Shown: positions 1 to 11,361 of the stretch, piece by piece
Layout of the letters: each line of letters starts with the position of its first letter
How positions within the stretch are numbered: position 1 is the first letter of the stretch
Assembly: GCA_046563655.1 (NCBI GenBank)
Contig: CM102283.1
Span: 2,170,001-2,234,000, forward strand
From: Yuukianura sp. NJ FZ-2021
Lineage: Eukaryota
DNA length: 64,000 nt
Reading direction: 5' to 3'
The notes under the pieces: generated by a model
The model's input: the letters and a program-made list of their open reading frames with translations, nothing else
The model's database searches: none
Told to the model about the DNA's origin: nothing
Program-made: the position numbers and the translations under genes

Positions 1-163
1 TTGCGCAGACATGCATTTTGTATTCCGTACTTTGTCACGAGATTCTAACAAAAGGAGATTAGGTTAATAGTTTTTTCTTTGTTACGACATGCATAGAGTG
101 ATCTCTCTGGAGGCTGCTGGAAGAGATGAAACTATTCATATGGAGGTTGTTGTTACCAATTAT

Positions 164-360
164 CAGGGTTGCAAAAAATATTTACTTCCCATGCCTGCAA
201 TGTTAACAAAATCAATATTTTGAGCATTTTTGTTACGAAATATTTATTTATTTCCCTATGCCCGTAATGTTAAGCTAGTAAATATTTCGAGCTTTTTCAG
301 TAAATATTGCATTTATTTAAATATTTCGCTGGTTTTTAGTAAATATTTTTTGCAACCCTG
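164..360. mobile_element. hAT-type MITE
   Basis: TIRs CAGGGTTGCAAAAAATATTTACT / AGTAAATATTTTTTGCAACCCTG; perfect 8-bp TSD CCAATTAT (156-163, 361-368). Confidence 0.85.
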
Positions 361-2277
361 CCAATTATGAATAAGTTTCAGACGTTATGAATAAAGTTAT
401 AGACGTTTTGAGTAAAAGTTATACTATAGACTTTTAGTTCTAGTCACAAATTCATAGAGTTTACCTCTCTTCATGTCACCCTTGAACACATGTTAATTCT
501 TAAGTAGCATTTTTTCAATCAACTATCCAGGAAGTTTCCTGGATCCAGCTCCAGCATGCTAACAAAACTTCTAAACGGCTTTTTAACACTAAACTTAACA
601 AAAACCATTCTGCACATGTGCCAAAAATTTTAATTCACATTAATCTACAATTTAATTGCCAAAAATTTAAAATTCCAATTTCCCCAAACCTTGTCCCAAT
701 TTCCCATTGACAATTTTTTAAAAATAGAACAAAAATGAGCTATCAGTTTCTCAAAAAAGAAACCAATAATAATAATAATTCAAAAATGTAAATTTTTTGA
801 ATAATTTTAAGGTTTTATGCGAAGGATAATCCTGGGCTAAGCCGGTTTTGGCTGAATTTCGCAATTTCAAATTCAAATTTGGATCAGTTACGGTATAACA
901 GCTTAGCAAAATTTCTATTCATGAAATATAATTTTGTTTTTATAGCCCACAGTTAAATATAGTCGTGGCAAAATTCATAACAATAGTTAACCATAATTTT
1001 AACCATAAACCATTTTAACAATAGTTAAACATAACCACAATTGTTTAACCACAGTTAAATTGAGAATTTAACAAACTAATATTGTTTAAGCACAATAAAA
1101 TTTATCTTATGAACTTTTTAGAGTGCCGTTCACTCCATTGACCTCGTTGACCTCGATAATTCTGGGAAGCAAATACAGATTCTCAGTTTCCATTAACTCT
1201 GAGAAGACCATTGACCTTTGCAGAGTTGAAATCCTTCTGCGAAGCCACTTTTTCTGTATCATCATTTCAATCTCTTCCGCCATCTCCATTGTTCTGTCTT
1301 CCTCGTTAACACTAAAGAGATTCAATTGTGCAAAATGGAAATAACCAAATCCAAATCCTCTTTTCTAATCCAAAAGTGCTGATGGTGATGCTGGCAAGTA
1401 TTTTTGGATTTTCTTCATAAGCCGCACATATGTGGATCCCCGTGCCAGAAGACGCTTAATCCCATGCCATTACCAAAGTATTCTCACCAGATTGGCAATT
1501 AACAAGTTTTTAGCTGGTCCAGGACAGTAGCTGCTTGGGGCGTGGCCACCCAACAGTCAAATCCTGTTCGTCAGTCACCAACGAGCACCTAATCTAGTCA
1601 AACGCCTAACGAAAACGCCTAACATAATGAAAACGCCTAACTACTTTTTTAGTGCTGAGTTTTAGTAGTAATTAAGCCATGGTCCACTGACGTCGTCGAT
1701 TATTAAGACGAAGGACACATTTTAAGTCAAAGGAAAAACAAGTTCTAGGGAGGCCCTCGTCTGCAGTTTGCAAAAAATTTGCACACCTCGCTTATCCACA
1801 GTTTTGCAAAAAAAGTTGGATTTTTGCACAACACGAACTCTTCATACATTTTTGCACAAACAAGGTTCAAGATTCAAGAGCAAGAACCACCACGTCCTTC
1901 CTAGTACACTAGGCAATTTGCAAATTTTAGTGTGAATTTGCAAATTTTATTGCGAATTGCGAAAGACTTGTGACGCATCATTGACTAGAACTGTGCAGAT
2001 CCAAGATGACAAACGTCACAATCAAGAAGTGACGCTCGAGTCGTCATAATCTTGTGCAATTCTGTGCAAAATCAAACATCGTTTGGACATGTTTGCACTA
2101 CTGCCCTGAGGCAACAGCAGCAACCAGGATTTGCCTTTTTTTGCAACGGGAGTTTTTGCAATTCGCGAATTCGTGCAAAGTGAACGTTTTTACTAAAAAC
2201 TGACCGTGCAAAGTTTCGTGATTGGTTGCTTTCTTATTTTCAGGATTGTGATTGGTTGATTTTGAACAAATAGCAAC

Positions 2278-3228
2278 ATGGTGGCCATTTCCTGCTTAGG
2301 AGTCTTTTTCCAAATGGTTTTGATTCAGCTGACTGTCCAATCACCAGCGACGACCACGACAACAACGACAATGTCGCCTCCTGGCGATATCGCCTCCATC
2401 AAGGACACTTCAGTAAATTCCGATCAGATTTCGTACTTTTGGCACCAGAAAGGTCGTGACCTTGTGCCTCTGTGGCCCCTTGAGTCCCCCACTGCTTCAG
2501 GCAAAAAGGGCTCCACCCCTTCAAACGGAGATCGCGTCATCCTGATTCATAGGATTAGTGACGACGACGGCAGTTTTTTCAAAAAACAGAACGATCCGAA
2601 TTTCATTTTGGCGGGAAAGGGAACCGGACGTGAAGAAAATAAGGCGGCGACTACAGAAGTATACGACGATAACAACATTTTTGTGTTCTGCTTGATGTTT
2701 CTGTTTGGTTTGATCATTTGTGGACTCATGTGGTGTCTCTGTACGGTCAGTCGACATCAGACAGACACACCGACAACAACAGATTCATACAGTAGCAGAC
2801 GCATGAACACTAGGTTTGGCAGTAGGTAGGTTTTTGGCGGGAATTTAAATTTTGAATTTTGAATTTTGAAAATTTCGTGATCGATACTTACTTACCGCGT
2901 TTTTCTTTGGTTGGACAGAAGACGTGCCGACATTGAAGTGATTCTGCCTTACTCAACCGGAGATTTACCGCCATCTTACGACGACATTGTTGCCGATTTT
3001 GAAAAACTGGGGCAACAGTGTATTCTGCCTAGCTACACAGACATTATGGGGAGGAAGGGGGCGGAGTCAGTACGCCCCTCCCCCTCCCCACCTCCACGGT
3101 ACACAAGTCCTGTTGGATCGTTCTCTGCGCAGGGCAGTCCTTCAACCAATCAGGAAGACGCAAACAGCGTCGACGCTGAACTGCACGGGCCGAGTTCCAA
3201 TGCCAGCATAACGACTGCCGAAGCGTGA
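2278..3228 (+). CDS. Single-pass type I membrane protein with PPxY-bearing cytoplasmic tail; exons 2278-2825, 2919-3228
   Basis: Signal peptide, Thr-rich stalk, TM segment IFVFCLMFLFGLIICGLMWCLC. A phase-consistent GT-AG intron joins the exon encoding LPPSY, LPSY and PPPRY. Confidence 0.75.
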
Positions 3229-3563
3229 AATTTTGAATCAAGAACTGGTTAGAAGTGACGCTCCGGCGAATGAGCAAATAACTCCTAAACCTTAACTAAA
3301 AAAGCATGCGCAGGCGCATAGGGTTTTTGAAGATCAAAGTTAAGTGTGAAATGACCAAGTGCTTTCGCCTTGTCCTCGTACCTGGAGGCTACTGGAGTAA
3401 GGAACTTAATTAAACTTAATTAATGATAATGTTAATTAGTTAATTGTAGTCTAAATGTTTGTTTGTATAGTTTCTTATAACTACTACGGCGGAAAAATTT
3501 GACTGAAATTAAATTTAGGAAGTCTGAAATTTTAACAAATGAAAAAAGAATTTTTTAGTTTAT

Positions 3564-4043
3564 TCAAGAGTAGCAACTTTTAACAGAAGAAACACGATCG
3601 TTCAAACCAACTCTACGCAAACGCGGAACCATCCCGGTGTTTGGTTCAAGTCGGGCACATTTTCCCGCACAATTTTTGAATTCGCAAATGTCGACACACC
3701 GCCAATGAGATTCGAACGAGGACGCCCTGTTTGCAAATTCGTCTGGAACATTGACACACCCTCGACCGATAGCCAGGTTGTGGATGTTTCCTAAAATTAT
3801 TCGTTTTCAGAAAAAAAAAAGGTAACAATTTTGGAAAAATCCAAAATTTTAAGTTTAAAATTGTTAGATTTGGAAATTTGAGTTACAAGTCTCACCCCTA
3901 AAATTTTCATTTTCGTACAAAGTCACATGTGGTGAACCCTTCATTAGTTTGTACGGTCGTAGAAATTTCCCGCCAAGGACAGAAGACGTCCAGTAACCAA
4001 TCACAACCAGGAGAACAACTGACGTCATTGACCTCAAGTCCAT
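3564..4043 (-). CDS. Small secreted beta/gamma-crystallin-domain protein; exons 4043-3896, 3790-3564
   Basis: Spliced product MDLRSMTSVVLLVVIGYWTSSVLG...VTLYENENFRG|NIHNLAIGRGCVNVPDEFANRASSF...CVDICEFKNCAGKCARL...GLNDRVSSVKSCYS*. Greek-key motifs (YxxxxFxG, NDxxSS) and a phase-1 GT-AG intron. Confidence 0.75.
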
Positions 4044-4627
4044 TTTCAAATTTTGTGCGCCACTATTTTTCAAATTTTGAGTAGTACAACTTTTTTTTTC
4101 AAAAAAATTTGACAACAATGAGCACTTCTTTTGAAAATGTCCGGCGTCTAACTTTTGGGCAACTTTTGAATTTTTTTCAACTACTAATTAATGAAATTAA
4201 CGCCACTATAATAATTGTTTTAACTGTTTTAATTATATATTTAATTATTAATTAGAATATAAATATTTGTACTGAAAATTATACTACAGAATCTGTAACC
4301 GTTGGATTTTGTTTGCACTCTGACTAGCACCCAGTCACTCTGTCGATGTCAATCGACTAAGAAATGCACAAGTGAAACTTTTCGAGTGAAAGTTTTCAAG
4401 ATAAATTCACTTAAGGATTCATTTTTGGCAACTCCAAAGTTCATAAGATTACGTGCAAATTTCCTGTTTCTCTCACGCATCTTATACCAACCACTTCAGT
4501 TACATGAAATCACCAACTAAAGTGCGTTAAGTAACCAATTAACGCACATGTAATGCTCAGATTTTAAGAAATGTAGAAAGTGCAATGACAAGTTAAGTTA
4601 GTTTTATTTAGTTAACGTAATAACTTA

Positions 4628-5771
4628 CCGTATTTTCTCGCCTATAAGCCGCTCTCGCGTATAAGCCGCAGTCTCAAAACCGTATATGCATGTGAGAGCA
4701 GGAAAAACAGGGGTATTAAACAAAAAGATTTTTGCTCATCAGCGCTTTAAATTTTGTTTTTAAAATACAACCAAGGAGTTCCATAATTTCTACTCGTTTT
4801 TCAATTTAAAACTTTAATTTTAAATTACTTTTAATTTTCAATTTAAAATGTAATTTTTAAATTTTAACAGTTTAAACCGAAGAACCTCGGCATTTTTCAA
4901 AAAACCGAAAACAGAAGAGAAGGTTCTCATTTAGGCAAAACTCCGGTTTGAGCTATAGGAAAAAGTCCATTTTACTTCATTTTATTTCATGCTATTGGTC
5001 AAGGTCGGCTTCTTTATGTGCCGGAAAGTTTCATTTAGTCTTAAATAAATTTAAATTCAATTAAATGAATTAAATAAATTTGAAAAGACTTAAACAAAGT
5101 TAAATTCATCTTAAACCTTTCATCTTCTGCGTTCATTTAAGGTTTATTTATGTCGGGTGATCTGCTCGACGAATCTAATGAGCGAGCAATAGATTAATGT
5201 TTAGTTTAGTCTTAGAAAGGGCCTCAAAACATAGTTTTATGCATTACTAGAATCTTCGGTGGCCTACGGCCACCGAAAGATTCTAGACTGTAGCGTACGT
5301 ACCAGTTTGACTGACTAATCGCACAAAAAACGATTACACAATAGTTAAATTTAGAAAAACACGGGCCAAAAACAAATGTTGGGTGCAATTATCCAATATT
5401 TAGTTTATTTCAACCGTTGTTTGTACAAAATTGTCATGCGCGCAGCGGAGGGTAGATTCGCTATTGGGAGAGTAAATGAGGAGAGTGGATAAGAAGACCA
5501 CTACTATGACATATAGCTTGTTTTCCTCGTGTGCTTGAGTGAGAGTTAACTGTTTATGTTTTGCTCCTGTTCACACAAAGTGAATAAGAGAGCCAGGAGT
5601 TAACTCTCATTTCACTCACACACAGAGGACAGGAGGACTGTGTTAGAGATGCTGTAATATGTAGTAGATTAACAATGGTTTTTGACGAATTTCGGGGGAA
5701 AAAATTTCTCCTCATTCCAAATTTTCTGAAAATTCACAGATAAGCCGCGGCTTATCTGCGAGAAAATACGG
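4628..5771. mobile_element. Non-autonomous Tc1/mariner-pogo (Tc2-like) element
   Basis: TA|CCGTATTTTCTCGC ... GCGAGAAAATACGG|TA termini, with ATAAGCCGC subterminal repeats at both ends; no transposase ORF. Confidence 0.75.
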
Positions 5772-6501
5772 TAATTTGAAAGCTCAGTTTCTCAACCAGA
5801 AGCTTAAAGTGAAATTGATGAGTGACTAATGGCAAACTGAGTGCCAGTTTGCACAACTTTCATGACCTCATGACCTTCTCCAACGACGTCATCGGTTATC
5901 ACTTGATCAACTTTTTTTCTTGGAATTGACGCTGTTACATTAAAAAACACGACAAAAAAAGTAAAATAAAAAAAATAGTCAAAACAAACCAAATCATAAC
6001 ATTTTTTCTTCTTCCGAAACATTTTTTTGTAAAACAGACGAAATTGCAACATTTTTTTTAATTTTCTTCCGAAACAATTTTTATTTCCGTGGCAACGGTG
6101 CGTCCTTTTGCTTAAATAAAGCACAGTTACTGAAAACAAGCAGAATATTCACTCATAATTTCTGCATGGTCGCCGTTGCGTTGGCAGTATTCGTGATCGC
6201 TGTGATCAGTAATTGTTCGTCCGTATTAGTATCTTTGTTGATAGTATCTTTGTCGCCAGTATCTTTGTTGTCAGCATCTATCAGCATCGTCAGTCGTCCC
6301 TAGTCGTCGTCGTTGCGATTTAAGACGAACTGACCCGAACGGTGGACATGGCAGTTTCCGGAATTTGTGTGGCGGGAAGAATCGGACGGTGTTCCAAGCC
6401 GACCATGAATTGGATGCTGTGCACTACTGCCGTTGTCATCTTTTCTCCGGTGTCGTCACGTTTAGCAACGGTTACATTACTCGCATACCATTCGCTGAAA
6501 T

Positions 6502-6969
6502 CAAGGCAACTAAACAAAAAGACACACCGTATTACTAAGGTAGTCTCACGAGCCGTTTTTTAATTGTTTTTTGCGAAAGTTATAGTGGGGTGGATCGTTT
6601 GTTTTTTTACTTTTCTGTGACAACGTTTTATTTCGGTTGGACAACGAAGTAAATTTATCCATTGTAACCATCCGTTGTAACCAATCATCAGACCTGTAGT
6701 TTAGATCGGTTTAAAGATTGGAAAATTGAATTATACAAGTTTTACGCTTATAATTACTAAAAATTCATTACAACTCAATGGCAAATAGTTGATTTTGTGC
6801 CAAATATCGAACACTGGTTACAAGTAACACATATCGTTACCTCAACCAACTTTTGCACAAATTAATCTCCCTGGATACCACCCCACTATAACTTTCGCAA
6901 AAAACAATTAAAAAACGGCTCGTGAGACTACCTTAGAAAGGCGGTGTGTGTTTATGTTTAGTTGCCTTG
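6502..6969. mobile_element. Outer hAT/P-like MITE (CAAGG termini) carrying a nested MITE
   Basis: TIR CAAGGCAACTAAACAAAAAGACACACCG / CGGTGTGTGTTTATGTTTAGTTGCCTTG; perfect 8-bp TSD GCTGAAAT (6494-6501, 6970-6977). Confidence 0.8.
6538..6933. mobile_element. Inner MITE with ~55-bp near-perfect TIRs, TA-flanked
   Basis: AGGTAGTCTCACGAGCCGTTTTTTAATTG...TAGTGGGGTGG is mirrored at 6879-6933; TA on both sides. Confidence 0.8.
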
Positions 6970-8741
6970 GCTGAAATGAAGCCGTACGACTGGGTCAACA
7001 TGATAGCTCATGCAGGTTGCTTTGAGTACGAACATGACAAAAGCATGAAGAACACCACGATTGGATTCACTGAGTTGCTTGAAAAGGGCGAGGGCCCCGC
7101 ACATGAAAAAATTGTCATTTCAAAAGAAGTTGGATTAAGATACTTGGCTATTTCGAAGAAGGTTGTCGTGAAATGCTGCGATCCTGAAAAAAAAACACTG
7201 AAACGGATTCCTTCCTAACGAAGTGCACAGAAGCTGAAATTAAGAAAATGGTGGACGAAGGTGAATCATTTGCCCCCAAACAGATGTCCAGCAACATTTT
7301 TGTTATGCTGCTGCTCATCACGTTCGGATTCCTTGTCTAGTCAACTTAACAAACCTAGCAACGAAACTAATCAACGAATCTAACAAAACTAAGCAAGAGA
7401 AATTGTCATCGTTCACCTTAAATTAAACTGACAAATTTATTTTCCTTACATAATTTTTCGTGGAATAAATAAGATGTAAAATGTGTTCAATTTTTCAACT
7501 CGTTTTATTCCAGTAGTTGAGTTTAAAAATTGTTCTTTTTGATGTAAACTTCGCTGTTAAATTTTCGAATGTAAAATCTAACATTTTTCAACTGTCAAAT
7601 TTAAAAGTTAACGTAACATGAACTTCCAAGAAAATTCTTACAGCAAATGAAGAATTCCAATGTCGCAAAACCATTTCCTACTTAAAGTAAAAGTAACTAG
7701 AATGTTTCATTTTATTTGAATTTTGCCTCATTTGAAAATTCGCGGTTAAAGTTCTTCCTCATTTTTTGAGGTAGAACCAAACCGTTCAAATGATTTACCG
7801 AAATGACGCAAAGTGCAGCGTCTTCCGCACAGACGCCACATCAAAACCCGAAGTCCCTACCACACAATTAGTTTTTACCGGCGACCAATTGAACTCGAAA
7901 CTTCAAAATTTATGGTTTTCCTCTCCAATTCTAATTTAATCAAAAAATATTGAATTAAGTTCAAAAAGTAGGTTTTACCACAAAGGGAACTTTTAGTTTT
8001 GGAAACCCAAAAACATATTGCAACATTTCATCTTAAGAAAAAAAAACAAAACGTGTGCTGAAATCACAAAATTTCTGAAATTTCCAAGTAGCATTTCCAA
8101 ATTGCCAAAAAATTGCAATTTGAGCTTTTTCCTGCAATATCAAAAGTTCACATATAAAAAGTTAATCATCAGCAGCAGTTCAAGTTACAGTTTTTTTTAG
8201 GTTTTCAGTTTTTTCTTGTTTTTAATAAAAGTTAATGTTGTTGCTGAATTCTGCAACACGTATACGGAATTGAAGTCAGTAGAAGCAGAGCAGTGTGGAC
8301 CAGTTGTACATTTATAAAGTGTAGGTTGTTGGAGTAAGTTTTGTGGTTAAGAGTGGGAGAACTTCCAATGCCAATTGCTTTTGGCCAATTTTGGCCTATG
8401 AGGAGTTCCCCACAATTTTTTGCATTGTTTTTGCAAATATAGGCTCACTGTGCTAGTAGTGAACTCAGCTCATCATCGTCATCATCATTACTAAAGCGAA
8501 CCTAAATTTGTGTTAGTAAGCAGAAAGTTTTAATATTTTGCACACATATGACGTGAAGGCCAAATTCACAGAATTCGCAAATTCGCAAATTAGGATTTCG
8601 CCATGCAATGGCAGTGAGATGTGAGCGTGAGCAGCTCTCTTCTTGTTTTCGATTCCACTTCCTAAGGATGTAGCTGGAACTTTTTTAGCGCAAATTTTTG
8701 CGAATTGGTATCTTTTGTGAATTTTGCAAATTTCAAACGAT

Positions 8742-10906
8742 ATGGTGAACATCTTAGTGATTTTGGGTCTGTGTTGTGCCTTTATTGCAGCTTCTGTGCC
8801 ATTTGATTGTAAGTTTGAACGGATCATGAGTTTTGGTGCTCTTGCGATATACATTTCAATTAATTCGTAGTTAATCTAAGATTACTGTCTGATTAACGCT
8901 GATTTATGGTAATTCTTAACTTATTACTACAGATTCGGGAGCTGTAGTGCCTGAAAATGGATCGACGTTGGACCTGCGCAAAGATGTCAATCGTTTTATC
9001 AAAGTTGCTTTGACGCATGCGCTTGGAGCAGACGCAGACGTCACTTTCGATGTCGTTGCGCCAGAGAACCATGGAATAGTCATTGTCATTCGGACTATGA
9101 CGTTACGTCAAGGTGTGCCAGTCATTGGACCTAGTCGATGCTATGAATATGTCCAGGTTAGGAAATCTGAAAACAACATTTCAAAAAAATAAGGAATTAT
9201 TTTTAAGTTTTCAAAATTTTGAAATTCCTTTTTTACATTAACTTAGTTTGACAGCACTGACAGCACAACTGGCAAGCGACATGTAGCGTTTGCTTGTGGT
9301 TCGATCACCGAAGACTCCTTTGAGCTCGTTGGCCACCGTAGTTTTGTAACTGGAATCAACCAAAAAGTTACAGTGAAAGTTCGGTTTACGAATGAATTTG
9401 TCCGCCAAAATTCAAATTCAAGTCAACAAACATCTACTCAAAGTGGTGCCAATTCAAATCAACAAACGTCGAATGAAAATAGCGCCAATTCAAATTCCAC
9501 ATTCGTTTTGGATATTGTAGCATATTCAGGTAAATCAAATTTTCTCAGATTTCATCAAGGTTCGTAAACAAAAGAAAACTTTTTCTACACCAGGTTGTCC
9601 AATAACTCGGAGTTTTAAAATTTACTTGCGAGTAGCAAATCTGTCATTCTTTCGTAATTTTTTGCATGTAAGTTAAATGGGAAAACCATGAGTTATTGGA
9701 CAACCTGTTGTAGGAGATACAATCCGGTTGTCAAGGAACCTTGGATTACATTTGTCAAAAAATGGATTTTATGATTGATTCTTGTTTCAGATTGCTCCAG
9801 GAAGAAATCTTTGGAAAAGTTTGCGTGTAGTCCGACGATGTGCATTCCCTGGGAGTTGCACTGTGACTCCAACTACAACTGTCCAGTTGACGACCAATCG
9901 ACTCCCCAAGATGAACTGGACTGCCAGTTCCAGAAGAGAGAAACTCATCCCCCAGGGCAATCCGAAACTTCTGCACCGCCGCAGTCCTCCACCGCAAAAC
10001 CATCACGGTTCGACGTTTCTTCGTCATACTGGCCATGGAACTGGGGATCCAAGCGAAAATCAACAACTACGACAACAGAGAATCCGAACCGTGGAACCTT
10101 AGTTGTCACCGTGGTTGATCATTCACATGACACCACTCCCGGTGGGCCCAGTTACGATTCATGGTGGGACAATCAGATGCCGTTCATCACCGTCATCCTG
10201 GTCTTCCTATTGGTCAGTTGCTTGTTGTTCGGAATGTGTTCGTACTTGGCAAAATGGAACACACGACAGCATCTCACTGCGCAGTTAGACGATCCTGAAC
10301 CTCCAAGTCCTAGAAGACAGGACCCCATGGGGTAAGGCCATCTCAAATCCTAGTACGGTAGTAAACCATTTCAACGAATGAATTACTGCGAAACGAATTT
10401 TTGCGAATGGATACTGCGAAACTAATTACTTCGCAAGGCACTTTACTTCGAAGGCAAATTACTGCGAAAGTAACGTAAAGTTACCTTTAACGCTCCCAGT
10501 AAATGCCCTTTCGAAGTAATCCGTTTCGTAGTTATTCGTTCGATGAAATGGCATGGAAGCCCTCCTATGCTTCAGTCCCTAAGAAAATTCAAAACTTTAA
10601 AACTTTTTTTTTGAAAAATATTTTCAAAAAATTCTTCGTTTTTTTTTCAGCGTACCGAATCACTACAGCATTCCAGCTCCTGAAGGTCGGATTTACTTTT
10701 ACCCAGAGTGTGACAACAGAGCTTACTGCCCCACCCCACCCCCACCCCCATACCAGCCTGATCAAGGGGTGGAACCGCCCCCTTCCTACAACACACTCTT
10801 CCACAAGAGTCCATCGTCACTATATGCTTCGGATGCTGGCGGAACCCCAGTTGCGCATGCCATTTCAGTGCCACCAGTCTATGACCCTGCAGCCATAGGT
10901 AAATAG
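8742..10906 (+). CDS. CUB-like + LDL-receptor class A single-pass membrane protein (paralog 1); exons 8742-8808, 8933-9156, 9247-9529, 9791-10331, 10651-10906
   Basis: Signal peptide; CUB-like strands (TFDVVAPENHGI...CYEYVQ...FACG); LDLa motif FACSPTMCIPWELHCDSNYNC...DELDC; TM FITVILVFLLVSCLLFGMC; tail with PPPY, PPSY and PPVY. All introns are GT-AG and in phase. Confidence 0.8.
9556..9743. mobile_element. hAT/P-like MITE family X, copy 1 (in intron 3)
   Basis: CAAGGTTC...GAACCTTG termini; subterminal IR CAGGTTGTCCAATAACTC; 8-bp TSD GATTTCAT/GATTACAT. Confidence 0.8.
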
Positions 10907-11361
10907 TAATCCAAAGTGTAGCTAAAAATCAACTTGTACAACTACACAAAATGCCACAGATTAGTCGAATCTCAAAGGTGACTACTATAGTAATTAGTGA
11001 GTAATTAACATTATTAATTAATTAACTTTTACATATAACTTTTGTTGTTTAACCACGGATTTTAATAATTACTTGAAGTAATTCTAGTAATTACAAAGTA
11101 AAATAATCAAAAATAGTCAAAAAACCCCAAAAATATTTCAAAATTTTTTTGCTTTTACAAACGACTAGAATTGGGTGGGACACATTTCAAAATTCATTCA
11201 CAGTTTTATAAATTTCAGCAAATTTCAGAAATTAGTAATTCGTAATTAGTTAACTACGAATTGCTAAGTAATTCCTCTAAACTTATGTTAACCGACTTAC
11301 CGACAAAAAGCTTCTCGTTTGTGATTAATTGAGCTAAAATAATTCATACCCCCACTTAAGA

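Larger units (their letters stand above)
6166..7340 (+). pseudogene. Disrupted secreted/GPI-anchor-type Cys-containing protein gene
   Basis: Signal peptide MVAVALAVFVIAVISNCSS. Removing 6502-6977 restores ...NGYITRIPFAE-MKPYDWVNMIAHAGCFEY.... Adding one A to the A9 run at 7187-7195 gives a hydrophobic tail (SSNIFVMLLLITFGFLV*). A further frame break lies near 6228-6300. Confidence 0.6.

Noticed and set aside
1107-1478. Possible minus-strand coding exon (72-aa ORF)
   Set aside because: No recognisable motif or convincing gene model.
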